A DNA stretch of 64,000 bases, the filler included, from Hyphochytrium catenoides (taxonomy: Eukaryota; Protista; Hyphochytriomycota): assembly GCA_900088475.1 (NCBI GenBank). It is 10 parts of 10 records of this genome, joined end to end, with 100 filler letters (N's around TTAATTAATTAA, not from the genome) between each part and the next. Parts side by side here need not be neighbours in the genome. Positions count along the whole stretch, not along the records: positions 27,091 to 50,447 come from FLMG01004669.1; 9 more parts are not named here. One strand, written 5' to 3'. Shown one piece after another: positions 36,963 to 49,202 of the stretch; the first letter of the stretch is position 1; the number at the start of each line of letters is the position of its first letter. Both the position numbers and the translations under genes were made by a program. The notes under the pieces were generated by a model, which was given only the letters and a program-made list of their open reading frames with translations, was not told where the DNA came from and did no database searches.

Positions 36963-38267
36963 TGTCTCACTGTCTGGCCTGTCCGTCTCTCTCTCTCTCT
37001 CCCTGTCTCAGTATCGTTCTCTCTCTCTCTCTCTCTCTCTCCGTCTCAGTATCGTTCTCTCTCTCTCTCTATGTCGTCTTCTGAATTTTGTTTCTTTCTC
37101 CAAGCTCCTGAGAGACCGCTGGACGTCTGAGTTGGAGATTGAGATCTTCAACTGGGACTTAACTCAGAATCTTGCACTTCTTTTTCCTTTGGCGCTCTCT
37201 CAGCTGCTCTCTCCTCTCTTCCGCTCTCTCCTTTCTGATAGTTCCGGGTAATTCCATGTAGTTGTTGCTTGCCCTCACTCTCTCTCTCTCTCTCTCCGTC
37301 TCTCTCTCTCTCTCTCTCTCCCTCCTGAAAGATCTCAACCAAAAGTACGAAAAGATCTGGATGCGACCAACTAGAATAGCCATTTTACCATTTTGAGATT
37401 CAACCTCAATAGTTCCTCCATGTCCTAGAATCGTAATATTGCAGTCCGGGCGCCCAAGTGCAAAGCGATAAGAAAGATTGCACTTTTTGCGTTTCTGAAG
37501 CTTCCTGAAGACGTCTGAAGATCTGAAATGCAGACGGAGATCAGGCAAGCAGAGGCGTGCCAGTCGCGATAAATGGAGCTCTATCGGAGATCCTCGGCTG
37601 TATATCTTCAGGGCTTTCCATAATTGAAGAGAAGGCGAGCTCCATTTTGCCGAAGGGCGACAGGGAGAAGATGAGATCCGTTGTGAGCTGCTGCGAGGGC
37701 AGATAACTCTAAAGACCAAATGCATTCTTCAGACTGTGCAAATAGCCAAGAGCAAGTGAGATTAGCCGTGTAAGCTCTAACTACCAAGGAGAGTGAGCTA
37801 TCTAATTGACATGTATCACCCTGGCTTCCATACGATGGCACGCTGTCATCTGCAGTCAAACAGGATAGGGCACAATGGCCTCTTTCTTCTCTAAGCAGCA
37901 GGCAATAGGCCTCGTTCTTTCTCTTCTTATCGCGCTACCTCTACCTCTCAACGCTGCTTCCTCTTGCCTGGCGTCTAGCTGCTTATGGCAGACTGTCATG
38001 AGCCACATACTCTATGATTCACTCAATTCCTCTCTTTGTTATTGAGAAGAAAATAAAGAGAAGAGAGAGGAGAGAAGTCATAGCAGGTAGATGACGGCTC
38101 GCGCGCGATAGATGAGAAAAAGAAGGGAAAGACGAAGAGAGAGAGGAGAGAAGAGGAGCGCGAAGACGTCATGTGGCATCAATTATATTAGAGAGAATCG
38201 ATGACAGATGAAGAGATGAGAGTAGAGAGAGAGAGAGAGATGTGTAGCGGCTAAAGTTATAGTTCCT

Positions 38268-39621
38268 CTATCTCTTTCCATTCATGGTCAGTCCTCTTTC
38301 TTTAGCAAGGGCTCGGCGAGGTTGGACTCTAGGGCTGCAGGTGTCTTTCTCTCTCTTTTCTTTCCCTTCACCTTTGCTTTTCCTTTCTTATTCTTCTTTC
38401 CTGCAGTGAAGAAGAAGTAGGCCCAAAGGCCCACAGCAGCGCCTATGAAGACGAGGACACCTACGACAATCCCAGCGATAGCGCCTGCTGATAGACCTGC
38501 TCCTCAGGAAGACAAAGCAAGAGAGAGAGAGAAATGAGAGAGAGGAAGAGAGACAAAGAGAAAGAGAGAGAGATATCCAAAGAGAAGAAGATGGGATAAG
38601 GTAGGAGGCTCATGAAAGAATACAGCGCGACAAAGACAGGAAAGATTTAAGATGGGCGAGAAGAAGCACAGAAGAGAAGAGAGCAATGGGAAGTGGAAGG
38701 CTCGGAGCCTTCAAGGCGCACAGCAATAAACAATAGGAATGGAAGGGCGTGAAAGGTGGAGAGAGAGAAAGAGAGAGAGAGAGAGCTCTGACCACAGGTC
38801 TGCTCCTGCACGACGGCTGTACAGTTAGGATAGGGACGGTCCTTTGGCCAAGGATAAATGTTTAGCCAGACGGGTGCCAGCTCTCTCTCTCGACTTTGTT
38901 TTCCATTGGAACATGTGGACCAGGAGCTCCACGCAGTGTATCTAACGCGGAGAGAGAGAGAGAGAGAGGAATGAGGTAGGAAAGATAGAGAGTGAGAGAG
39001 AGAGAGAATGCTCACAGAGAGACATAGAAAGAGGGCAGCTTGGAACGCTAAAGAAGTGGAGCTCTCTCTTTTCTGGGGAAAAAGACCTCTAAGAATGAAG
39101 AATAAAAGGAAGCCCAAACGCAGTACAGCGAGAGGAAGAGAGAGAGAGAGAGAGAGAGAGGAAGGGAGAGAGCAGAGCAGAGCACAGAGAGCAGAGAGAC
39201 AAAGAAAGAGAGAGAGAGGAAGAGAGAGGGCAAAGCCACCTGCATTGTGACGTGTCATACACTTTCTGGCAGTCTGCGCCTCCGAAGCAGCAGTAGGTCC
39301 CGTCCTTACTCTTGCTGAATCCCTCGTAACAAGCCTGACAGAGAGAGGGAGAATCACCTAGCAGACACGCAGAGAACAAAAGACAGTTAGAGAGAGAGAG
39401 AGAGAAAAAGAGGAAAAGAGAGAGTGAGAGAGATTGATTCGGAGTTGAAGGATGCAGCAGTAAGCTAAGGCAGACTGGGAAGAAAGGAGAAGAATGGAAG
39501 ATATCCATGTCGATGAGTGGTGAAGAGTAAGAGTGCGTCCATAGGAAAGAAGCGGCGAAAAGAGGAGTTGTCATGCTTGAGAAGATGACAGCGAAAGAGG
39601 GAGAGATGGGGAGAGAGAGAG

Positions 39622-39671
<50 letters not shown>

Positions 39672-40355
39672 AGGGGCTTGACAGGTGACAAATATCAGTA
39701 CCCCGCCTTCGCAGGTAGAAAGAGGAAAGACATCATCAAAGCAATCGATAAACCACAAAGACAAAGAAAGGAGAAAGTAAGAGAGAGAGAGAGAGAGAGA
39801 GACAAAGCCAGAGGAGCGTCTCTTCTCTCTTCTCCTTTCTTACCGACTAAGTCTTTATAGAAGCCAGCGGGGCAGGGCTTGCAGCTTCCTGGCACCACCA
39901 TCGCAATCTTAGGCGTGTTCATCATGCACTGCGGCCAGCAGACGGGAGAGAGAGAGGGAGAGAGAGGAGAGGCCGGACACCAGGGATTCTTCTCGCAAAC
40001 GGTGGAGTTGAAGGGATAAACAGGAGGCACCGGCTCACAAGTGTTTGACGGGCAGTTCTGAGGGAAGGCGCACTTCATTCCACCTCCTATGTTTTTCAAG
40101 AGACGGTTGTGAAGAGAAAAGAGAGAAGACAAAGAGAGAAAAGAGAGAGAGAGAGAGAAGAGACAGACACAAAGACAAAAGTCAGAGAGAGAGGTTTAGG
40201 GCGTAAGACAGGAAAAGCGAAGAATGGAGAGAGGAAAGAGATCGGAACGCGGAGAGGAGATAGAGAATGGGAGAAAGAGAAGTGAGTCAGTCGTAAGGGT
40301 AAAGAATCAACGCGGTTAGGACCGAACTGAAGTGAGAAAGAAGAGAGCACACCTC

Positions 40356-40404
<49 letters not shown>

Positions 40405-40962
40405 TGAAAAGAACGACAGGAACAAGAAGCGAGACCGAGACAAGGAGGAAAAAAGGGAGGGAGAAGAAAAGAGAGACTGGGCAAAAAAGAGGGAGAAGGG
40501 GGGAGAGACCGGGAGAGAGAGAACAGAGAGAGAGAGAGAGAGAGAGAAAACATTCTCTCGTACCCTCGAAGACGGCCCTGCAGCCTTTGACGCTGGCACA
40601 GAGCTTGGGATTGGTGACGCTTCCAACGGAGAGAAGGCCGCACTGCTGGTAATAAGCATCGAATGCTCTTCCCCAGACTCCCGTCTCTCTCGCCACCTCA
40701 GAGAGAAAGGTTGAGGAGAAGGGAGATGGTTGCGGAGAGGATGCACAGAGAACAGGACTGCAAGCGAGAAGGAGAGAGAGAGGAGAGAGAGCGACAGCAG
40801 ACGAGACCCACCCACGCAGGAAAAGCGGGAGAGAGGGGAGGACGTGGGAGAGAGAGAGAAGAAGAGGACGTGGGAGGCAGGGAGAAAGAAAGAGAGAGGA
40901 CGTGGGAGGGAGAGAGAGAGAGAGAGAGAAAAAGAAAGAGAGAGAGAGAGAGAAAAAGAAAG

Positions 40963-40993
<31 letters not shown>

Positions 40994-41845
40994 AAGAAAG
41001 CAGGAGAAAAGGACAGCAGGAGAGAAGGACAGCAGGAGAGAAAGAGAGTGTTAGAAGTTAGAAAGGACGGCATTTAGAAGGCGGAAAGAAGACTCGGATC
41101 TGGGAGTTCAAGGTTGGGGGGAGGGTGCCGAGAGAGAAAGCGAGAGAGAGGAAAGGAAGTGTAAGGCTGACAATACGGAGGCGAGAGATACACACAAAGA
41201 GAAAGGGAAGACAAACGGTTAGTGCGCGAAGACGAAAAGAGAGAGAGAGAGACAGAGGCAGAGAGAGAAGAGAAAGTCTCAGGGTGATATACCGTGGAAT
41301 TGCGATGTAACTCGAATAGTTGACAACCTTCCCCAGCGCCGGAGAGACGGGCGCCTGGTATTCGTAGGGCGGATAGGCGGGATAGATCAAGAGAGAGTCC
41401 TCAGGGTCAGGAGAGGAAGGAGCGCAAGAGAAGTCTGCGTACTGGCCAGCGGGGCAGCCTATATATATATAGAGAGAGAGCAAAGAGAGAAAGAGAGAGA
41501 GAGAGCAAGAAGGAGAGAAGGAGAGAGCGAGAGAGAGAAAGGAGAGAGAGAAAAGGGAAAGAGTTAGGCATGAGACAGTACCGCAACGAGAAGAGAGAAC
41601 AGAGAGAGAGGGAGAGAGACAGAACGAGAAGAGAGAAGGATAGAAGAAGAGGAAAGAGGGGGAAGAGGGGGACACGTAGACAGACAGACAGAAAGACAGA
41701 AACAACAAGGAAGAGTTCCGGGTGAAAGGAAAAGACTTTCACTAAACCGAGAATGCCGGAACTTCAGGAGATAGGGAAGAGAGGACATAGAGATGATCCT
41801 GACTAGCCATAACCAGGANNNNNNNNNNNNNNNNNNNNNNNNNNN

Positions 41846-41876
<31 letters not shown>

Positions 41877-42052
41877 GGGCATAGAGAGATGACAATAATC
41901 GGAATGCAGGAGTAGAGTACAAAGAAGAGAGAAGTAGGGTGACATCTAAGAGAGAGAAAGAGAGACGCAAGAGAGAACGGGACTGGAGGACGGGGAGAGA
42001 CAGAGATAGAGAGAAGCAAGCAAGAAGAGAATGGCAAGAAGAAGAAGAAGAC

Positions 42053-42094
<42 letters not shown>

Positions 42095-42362
42095 NNNNNN
42101 NNNNNNNNNNNNNNNNNNNNNNNNNNNNNNNNNNNNNNNNNAGAGAGAGAGAGGGAGAGAGAGAGAGAGATGTGACGTTACCAGGTTCGCATTGATAGAG
42201 CTGATTATTTCTGTCTTCATATTTTGCCTTCAGGAGTTGGCAGGTGGAGCCCGCGGGACAGTTCCCGAACATGTGAGAGCTGTCATCGCAGAGAGGAGTG
42301 CGCGTGCATTGCTTCGCTCCAGGCTTCCCAGCGCATCCTGAATGTGGGGAGAGAGAGACAGA

Positions 42363-42394
<32 letters not shown>

Positions 42395-42919
42395 CAGAGA
42401 GTGGGATGCTTCATGTGTGGTTCGGGTTATCGTCTCAATTGAGAGAGAGAGGAAGTCGAGAGACAAAGGTGAACAAGAAAAGAGAGAGGGGGAAGACCAA
42501 GAGAAAGAATTAAAAGGAAAAATAGAGGGAGTAAGAGAGAGATATTGAAGACAGAGACAAGCGAGAGAGAGAGAAACAACGAGCGAGACAGAGAGGGAAA
42601 GAGAGACAGAGAGACAGAGGAAGAGAGAGAGAGAGAGAGACGCACCGACGCACAAGCTTCGATACCACTTCCCGGGGGTGTTGGGGTCCTGGAGGCAGGG
42701 GCAGGAGGTCTGGTCGCAGTCAAAGTTATTGACGCAGCTCCCGTTCTTCTGGATGTTCGCGGGGTTGATCTGGGGATTCTGAGGACATTCCTTTGGAGGC
42801 TGCGCCACTAGGAGAGGAAGGCCTGAAAGAAAGGGGGGGNNNNNNNNNNNNNNNNNNNNNNNNNNNNNNNNNNNNNNNNNNNNNNNNNNNNNNNNNNNNN
42901 NNNNNNNNNNNNNNNNNNN

Positions 42920-42965
<46 letters not shown>

Positions 42966-43314
42966 CAGAAGGAATGCGAGGGAAAGGAATGCCTCAATAG
43001 AGAAAGGAATGACACACCAACAAGGAGGAGAGACGGTAAGAGAGAGAGGAGGGAGGATGCCCGAGGGAGAAGAGGAGGAGAGAGGAGAGAAGCCAGATAG
43101 CGAAAGAGCAGTCACATGGTGTTGGCAGGAAGAAGAAGGATAGGAAAATCTGGCTGAAGAGATGACAAAGAGAGAGAGAGAGAGAGAGAGAAACTGACAG
43201 AAGAGACCAATCATGGAGAGGGAACACGACTGTATGAGGAGAAAGAAACCACCGACTGAAGGGGAAGAAAGGCCTACCGGCGCCCAGGCAGAGAAAGAGT
43301 AGCACTGAACGCAT
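38268..43314 (-). CDS. Cys-rich single-pass surface protein with GCC2/GCC3-like (CPAG) motifs and a thrombospondin type 1-like repeat (about 9 exons)
   Basis: Signal peptide MRSVLLFLCLGA|GLPLLVAQP, Cys-rich exons, CKPCPAGFYKDLV|GDSPSLCQACYEG, TSP1-like YTAWSSWSTCSNGKQSRERE, TM GLSAGAIAGIVVGVLVFIGAAVGLWAYFFF and a basic stop-transfer KKNKKRK. Confidence 0.8.
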
Positions 43315-44154
43315 GGCTTTCTTTGAAAAGCGAGAGAGGAAAAAGAATAGAAAGAGGAGACGCCGCTAATCTGTCCTCGTCTTGGCTCCCAGTAGGCAAC
43401 TCCTCGTAGGCAGCGAGACAAAAAAAAAGCGGAGAAGAGAGAGAAAGAGGGAGAAGAGAGAGAAGAGAAGAGAGAGAAGGGAGGGAGAAGAGAGAAAAGT
43501 GCGGGAAGAAGAGAGAGAAGCGGGGGAAGAAGACGGAGGGGTGATGGAGCCCTAAGAGCAAGAGAGGCACCTTAACGCCATAATATTGCACACACCATCA
43601 GGCGAGAGTGAAGCTTTAGAATGATAGAAAATAAGGAGAGAGAGAGAGTGAGAGAGAGGCAGCCTGGGTTGGGAGAGAGGAAGACAGACTCAGACAACTG
43701 AGAGAACCAGAGAAAGAGGAGCAAAGATGAAGAGAGGGAGAGACTGGGAGAGAGGGAAAGACGCACACAGACAGAGGGAAAAGAAGGGAGAGAGACGAAA
43801 AGCAGCGAGAGAAAGAGAGTAGGGGCGGGCGAAGTAGAGAGCAAGGTGCCGCAAGCACGAGGACTAAACGGAGGCGAAGGCTTTCTCAGCCAAACGAAGG
43901 AGAAAAAGTTACGAGATGAGACGATGACAGGCTCGAGGGCGATGAGGATAAGGAAGAGAGATAGAAGACAGAATGGGCTTGCGCCAGTGAGAGCTGTGTG
44001 AAAGGTGATAAGAAGCTCTGTCAGACGTCAGAGTTGGGGGAGACCGCAGCTGTCATGAGAGAGAGAGAATGAATGACCTTTGGAGGACAAGCCTCATTCA
44101 GACCACCATCGTGAGATGGAGAGAGCGAAGACGAGAGAAAAAGAGGAGAATAAG

Positions 44155-44201
<47 letters not shown>

Positions 44202-44730
44202 AGAGAGAGAGCACGCTTGCGCGTGAGAGAGAGAGAGGAAGAGAGAGAGAAGAAAGGAGGAAAACAACCTTTCACTCAATGAACTTGCTGTGAATCTCGA
44301 ACCCTTTCAAGGGAGCTCTCTTTCGGCTGCACCATAACTCCGCAATCACGTCGGAACTCTGCTATCTATTATTTATGTCTACCAACTACCGTCGGCGGAG
44401 AATCAATGCCGACATGATTCCATTTTCGGTAACCGGGGAAAAGCTGATTCTGAAATCAAGACATTGATTCTTTACGGGTTACGTCGAGAGACAGAGTGGA
44501 CGAACTGACGGGATACGTTGGGGGGAAGAGAATTCGAGGAAGAGAGTGCACGAGGTACCAAGCGCTTGTACCGTACAAAAGGGCTAAACAGGTGTGGCTC
44601 GACTGCCGAACGCGAGACAGAAAAGAGAGAGAGAAATGAAACAGTGAATGACTAACCAGGAACTGCTGAAGAATTGGACCCGTGATTGAGAGACAGAGGG
44701 GCGAACGGGAGAGACAGAGACAAAGCTAGC

Positions 44731-44797
<67 letters not shown>

Positions 44798-45152
44798 AGA
44801 GAGAGAGGAGAGTGCGACAAGGAAGAAGACCCTTGCACCTCTGCCTCACTTGCCATTTATCAGTGCCCTCGCTGCAATAGCCAGAGAAAGAGATAGCGAA
44901 CGCTGTATCAGGTCTACATAGCCGCCGTCTCCTTCGATAGGAGAAAGAGAGAGGCTCGTCATGGCTGTGTGACAGCCAGAGCAAAGCCAAAAGGATCCAT
45001 CAGCGTATCAGATTTATCAGGAGAGAGAGAGAGAGAGCCGAACAAGTGCCTCTCCTTTCTATCATCAGCCTCTCTTGTCTAAAGGTGTAGGAAGGTAGAA
45101 CCGGGAGAGACACCTCGGGAGAGAAAGAGAAAAAGCAGCCGACATCTGCGAC

Positions 45153-45650
45153 ATGAGGCGGTTCCTACGGCCCGCCGTGAAGGTTGGGGCTGTGGGACTC
45201 GGAGTATGCGGGGTGGGCGCCGGCTACACTGCCTGGAAGTATGCTCCGGTGGCGTATGAAGAAGAAGGGGGGAGGCCTCTCTCCAGCAAGGCGCCGCCCA
45301 AGGCTGAGGTACCACTCTCTTCTCTCGTCACTTGGGTTCCCTGCTTTCGAAGGCACTTTTTCCTTCTTTCTCTCTTCTCTCTCCATCTCTTTCTCTCTCA
45401 GTTTGCCTGATTGACACTGCTTCTTTGCTTCTATTCGGTGCGTCTCTCTCTCCCCGTCCCCTTTCAATCACTTTCACTCTTACTCTTTCTTTGCGTCTCC
45501 CATCTCTCTTCTCGGTTTCTCTCTCATCTATCTTTCTACGTCCTTTCTCTATTTTTTTCTATCTCCTTTCTATCGGTGGAGCTGCGAGCGTTCTTCCTTT
45601 CTCATATCCTTCCCTTCCGCTGCTGCCTGACAGCTCCATCTGACGCGTGG

Positions 45651-45681
<31 letters not shown>

Positions 45682-46198
45682 TCACTCACTCTCTCTCTCT
45701 CCCTATCTATCTATCTATCTCTGTCTCCTTTTCTCTGTCTCTCCCCACGGCCCCCACCTTTAGGATGCGCCATTGTTATTGAACATCGCCAAAGCGGGAA
45801 CTCTTACGACAGTAGGTAAGAAGAGAAGGCGCCATAGAGAGAGATCTCTTTCTTGAGACTAATCTATTGATACTTCTCTCTATGCCCTTCCCCTGTCTCT
45901 TTCTCCTCTATGTCTCTCTCTCCGTATCTCTTTCTCCCTCTCTGTCTCCCTCTCTTTCTCTCTCTCTCTCCGCATTCTTTGTTCCTCTCTCTTCCTCCAG
46001 GCACTATAAGCCGCCTCGTCATGAAGCTCAACTCCGTAGAGATTTCCGGCGCGGAAAAGCTCATCCGCGCGGTAGAAGAGAGAGAGAAAGGGAGAGGACT
46101 GGTGACCGTCAGCAACCATACTTCCACCGTTGATGATCCCGTCATCTTCACAAGGTGAGAAAATGAGGAACTGAAGAGGAAACAAGCGAAGGATCTGG

Positions 46199-46244
<46 letters not shown>

Positions 46245-46508
46245 AAGGATATAAGGAGAAAGTTCAGCGACATCTAGGAAAGCAACAGGCTCACGTCTGG
46301 CTTACCATTAAACGAAAAGAGGAGAGAAAGAGAGAGAACGAAAGGAAGGAAGTAGTGACATAAGAGAGAGAAATGAGCCAGGAAAGAGTGATTTAACAGA
46401 AAAGCTTAGGAATAAGGGTCGGTAAAGGTGACCTGCTTAAGGGCACATTGTAGACCAGCAGTAGGCCGCCTCGGCTGTTCGCTCTCTCTTTCTCTCTCTC
46501 TCTTTCTT

Positions 46509-46542
<34 letters not shown>

Positions 46543-47525
46543 TTCTTTCTCTCTCTCTCTTTCTCTCTCTTGTACATAAAATCTGGTTTACTGTTTCTAT
46601 TTCGCACTTTGCTGACCCCAGTTCCCTTTTTCTCTCCTTTCAGCATCCTGCCTTATCGGATCCTTGCCAATCCGAAAGTGATGCGGTGGGGAGTCTGCAG
46701 GTGAGAGTGAAATAAATTGGGAGAGAGAGAAGAAGAAAGATGGAGAATGGAGAGAGAAGAGGATGAGCAAAGAAAAGGGTGAGGGGTGGCGACAGTATCT
46801 CTTTCTCTGACTTCTCTCCTTTCTGTTTCTTACGTTCCGAGCAGTCGAGAAATATGCTTCAAACGCAGCGCCTTCTCTGCCTTCTTCGGCGCTGGAAACA
46901 TCCTTCCCATCCATCGAGGAGGAGGATTGCATCAGCCAGTGAGTATCTCTCTCTTCTTCCCCTCTTTATGGCCTTAATCTCCCTCGATTTCTCTGCCTCC
47001 GTCGCTCTCTCTCTCTCTCAACTCTGTCTACGCGTCTCGCTCTCTCTTTTTTCCTCTCTCTATGTCTGTGTCTCTTTATTTCGGACCTTCGCTCTCTTTT
47101 TTTTCTCTCGCTCTCTTTTCTTAGTTCGCATATCTTCTCTCTCGAGCAGAGGCGCTCGTCATTCTCATCTTGTCCACCTGAGCCCTTGACCAAGTCAAGC
47201 AATGGCTCCTGTTTTCTTGGGGAGAAAGAGCTGACATCCTTTTTTTCTACTTGGGTTACAGCTCTTTCGGCCTTTGCTGGAGCTGGTGGAGAGAGGCGAG
47301 TGGGTGCATCTCTTTCCTGAGGGAGGGACCTGCCAGACAGGACGTGAGTCCCACATAGAATCTCTTTCTCTCTTTCATCTCTCTATATTGCTCGTTCCTT
47401 CTTCTCACTGTCTTCTCTTTGGTTTTGTTCTGTCGTAGTTTCTCGGGTGCTGTTATCTCCTTCGCTCTCTTTATCCCTCCCGTATTGTCTTCCTGCTGAC
47501 GCCTGGACTCTTCATCCTCTCTCCT

Positions 47526-47558
<33 letters not shown>

Positions 47559-48963
47559 TTCTCTCTCTCTCTGTCTCTCTCTCTCTCTGTCTCTCTCTCT
47601 CCTACTTACGTCCTTTGTATCGTGTGCAGGCTTAGGAGGCCGCATCAGTGATCAGGCCGCTGAGATTGGGCGTCTGAAGTGGGGAGTAGGGAAGCTGATC
47701 GCTGATGCGTCGGTGACGCCTATCGTTGTCCCGATATATCACATCGGCATGCAAAGGGTAAGGTCTCGGCTTCCGCTCAGTCCACCACTTTCTTTCCTTT
47801 AAGCAGCTGTCGGTTCCTCTCTCTTTGTGTGTGTGTGTCTCTCTCTCTCGCTGTCTCTCTCCCGCTATGACCTAGTATATGTCACCCCTCTGCCCTCGTC
47901 ACCTGCGCTGTTTGCGGGCTTGTTCCATTCTTCTTTGTCTCTCTTCTTTTTAGTGTAGGCTGCTCTAATAACTCTCTCAAACGTCTCTTCTTCTGCTTCT
48001 CTCTCTCTCTCTCTCTCTCTGTTTCTCTCTTCTCTCTATCCAGATCCTCCCTCAGGACCCCGTGACCAACAAGCTGCTCCAGGTGTTGCCTTCAACTGGC
48101 AAGCGGATCACCTTCGTCGTTGGGGACGAGATAGATTTCACTGATTTGTTAGAAGAGTACAAGGAGAAGAGACAGAAAGCAAGACGAGAGGTAAATGCCC
48201 TTTGTCTCCTCTCTCTCTCTCTCGCCCGTCATCTTCCCTTCACCACTGTCCGAGTGGATGGCTGGACCTGTACACATTCCTGATTCTCTACCTGCTCTCA
48301 TCATCCGTACTTTCTGTCTCTCTCTCTCTCTCTTCGCTTTATCTTCATCCTCTTTCTCTTTCTGTGCGCCACTCACTCCGTCTCTTTCTCTCTCTCTGTA
48401 TTACTCTTCCTCGCTGCCTGGCCGTTCAGCTGCAGATTGCTGACAGTTGGCAGTCTACGGACGTGGATCGGGAGTTATACTCTGCCATCTGTCGAAGAAT
48501 AGAAGGTGCGCTGATAGATTTGGAAGAGAAGGCATACGCGACCCTTGACAACTATCAGCCCACTGCGCTAGAGATCTCCACGGAAAGGTAAGAACTCTCT
48601 CTCTCTCTTGCTCTCCCTTCTTGTTCAACCTCGTATACATTGGAAGTGTCTCTCTCTCTCGTCTCTCTCTCTTTTCTTCACCATTCAAGCGCTCGTCCTA
48701 TAGCGTCCTATACTTTGTGCTCGTCGTGCTGTTTTCGATTCTAACAACTTTCTGTTCCCAAGTACATCTCTGTCTCTCTCTGCTGCTGTTGATATGCTAA
48801 ACGCCCAGCCCTAACGCTTCTTCCTCCAATGTCCTTGCTACCCTCTGTGGCAGGTTCCGTCAGCGACTTTTGAATGACAAGGAGAGGGCCAAGGAGCTGG
48901 CTGAGGGTGCTAAGAGAAAGCTAAAGGAGAAAAAGCAATTGCTGAATGACACGAAAGACGCAA
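45153..48963 (+). CDS. TAZ: Tafazzin (phospholipid transacylase), 10 exons, 3' end runs into a gap
   Basis: Exons 45153-45308, 45764-45815, 46001-46154, 46644-46700, 46845-46938, 47262-47343, 47630-47757, 48044-48190, 48430-48587, 48854-gap. Motifs GLVTVSNHTSTVDDP (HX4D), MRWGVCSREICF, PIHRGGGLHQ, GEWVHLFPEG, GRLKWGVGKLI. The N-terminus resembles a mitochondrial targeting/anchor sequence. Confidence 0.93.
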
Positions 48964-49202
48964 NNNNNNNNNNNNNNNNNNNNNNNNNNNNNNNNNNNNN
49001 NNNNNNNNNNNNNNNNNNNNNNNNNNNNNNNNNNNNNNNNNNNNNNNNNNNNNNNNNNNNNNNNNNNNNNNNNNNNNNNNNNNNNNNNNNNCTTCTAGGA
49101 CCAGCACTGCCACTAACATTTCATTATAATCACTTAATCATCCTTCACTTCCGTCCCTCGCTTTCACTGCGGTTCCATCATCCTTGTTGCTGCGCCCATT
49201 GA

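Noticed and set aside
37004-37070. Duplicated gtctcagtatcgtt(ct)n unit upstream of the metacaspase ATG (similar duplication at ~14505-14580)
   Set aside because: Consistent with slippage within compound microsatellites; no evidence of function.
38500-44990. Dozens of LSLSLS/RERERE ORFs (also 13.7-14.8 kb, 22-24 kb, 45-48 kb)
   Set aside because: Translations of intronic or intergenic CT/GA microsatellites, which lack stop codons.
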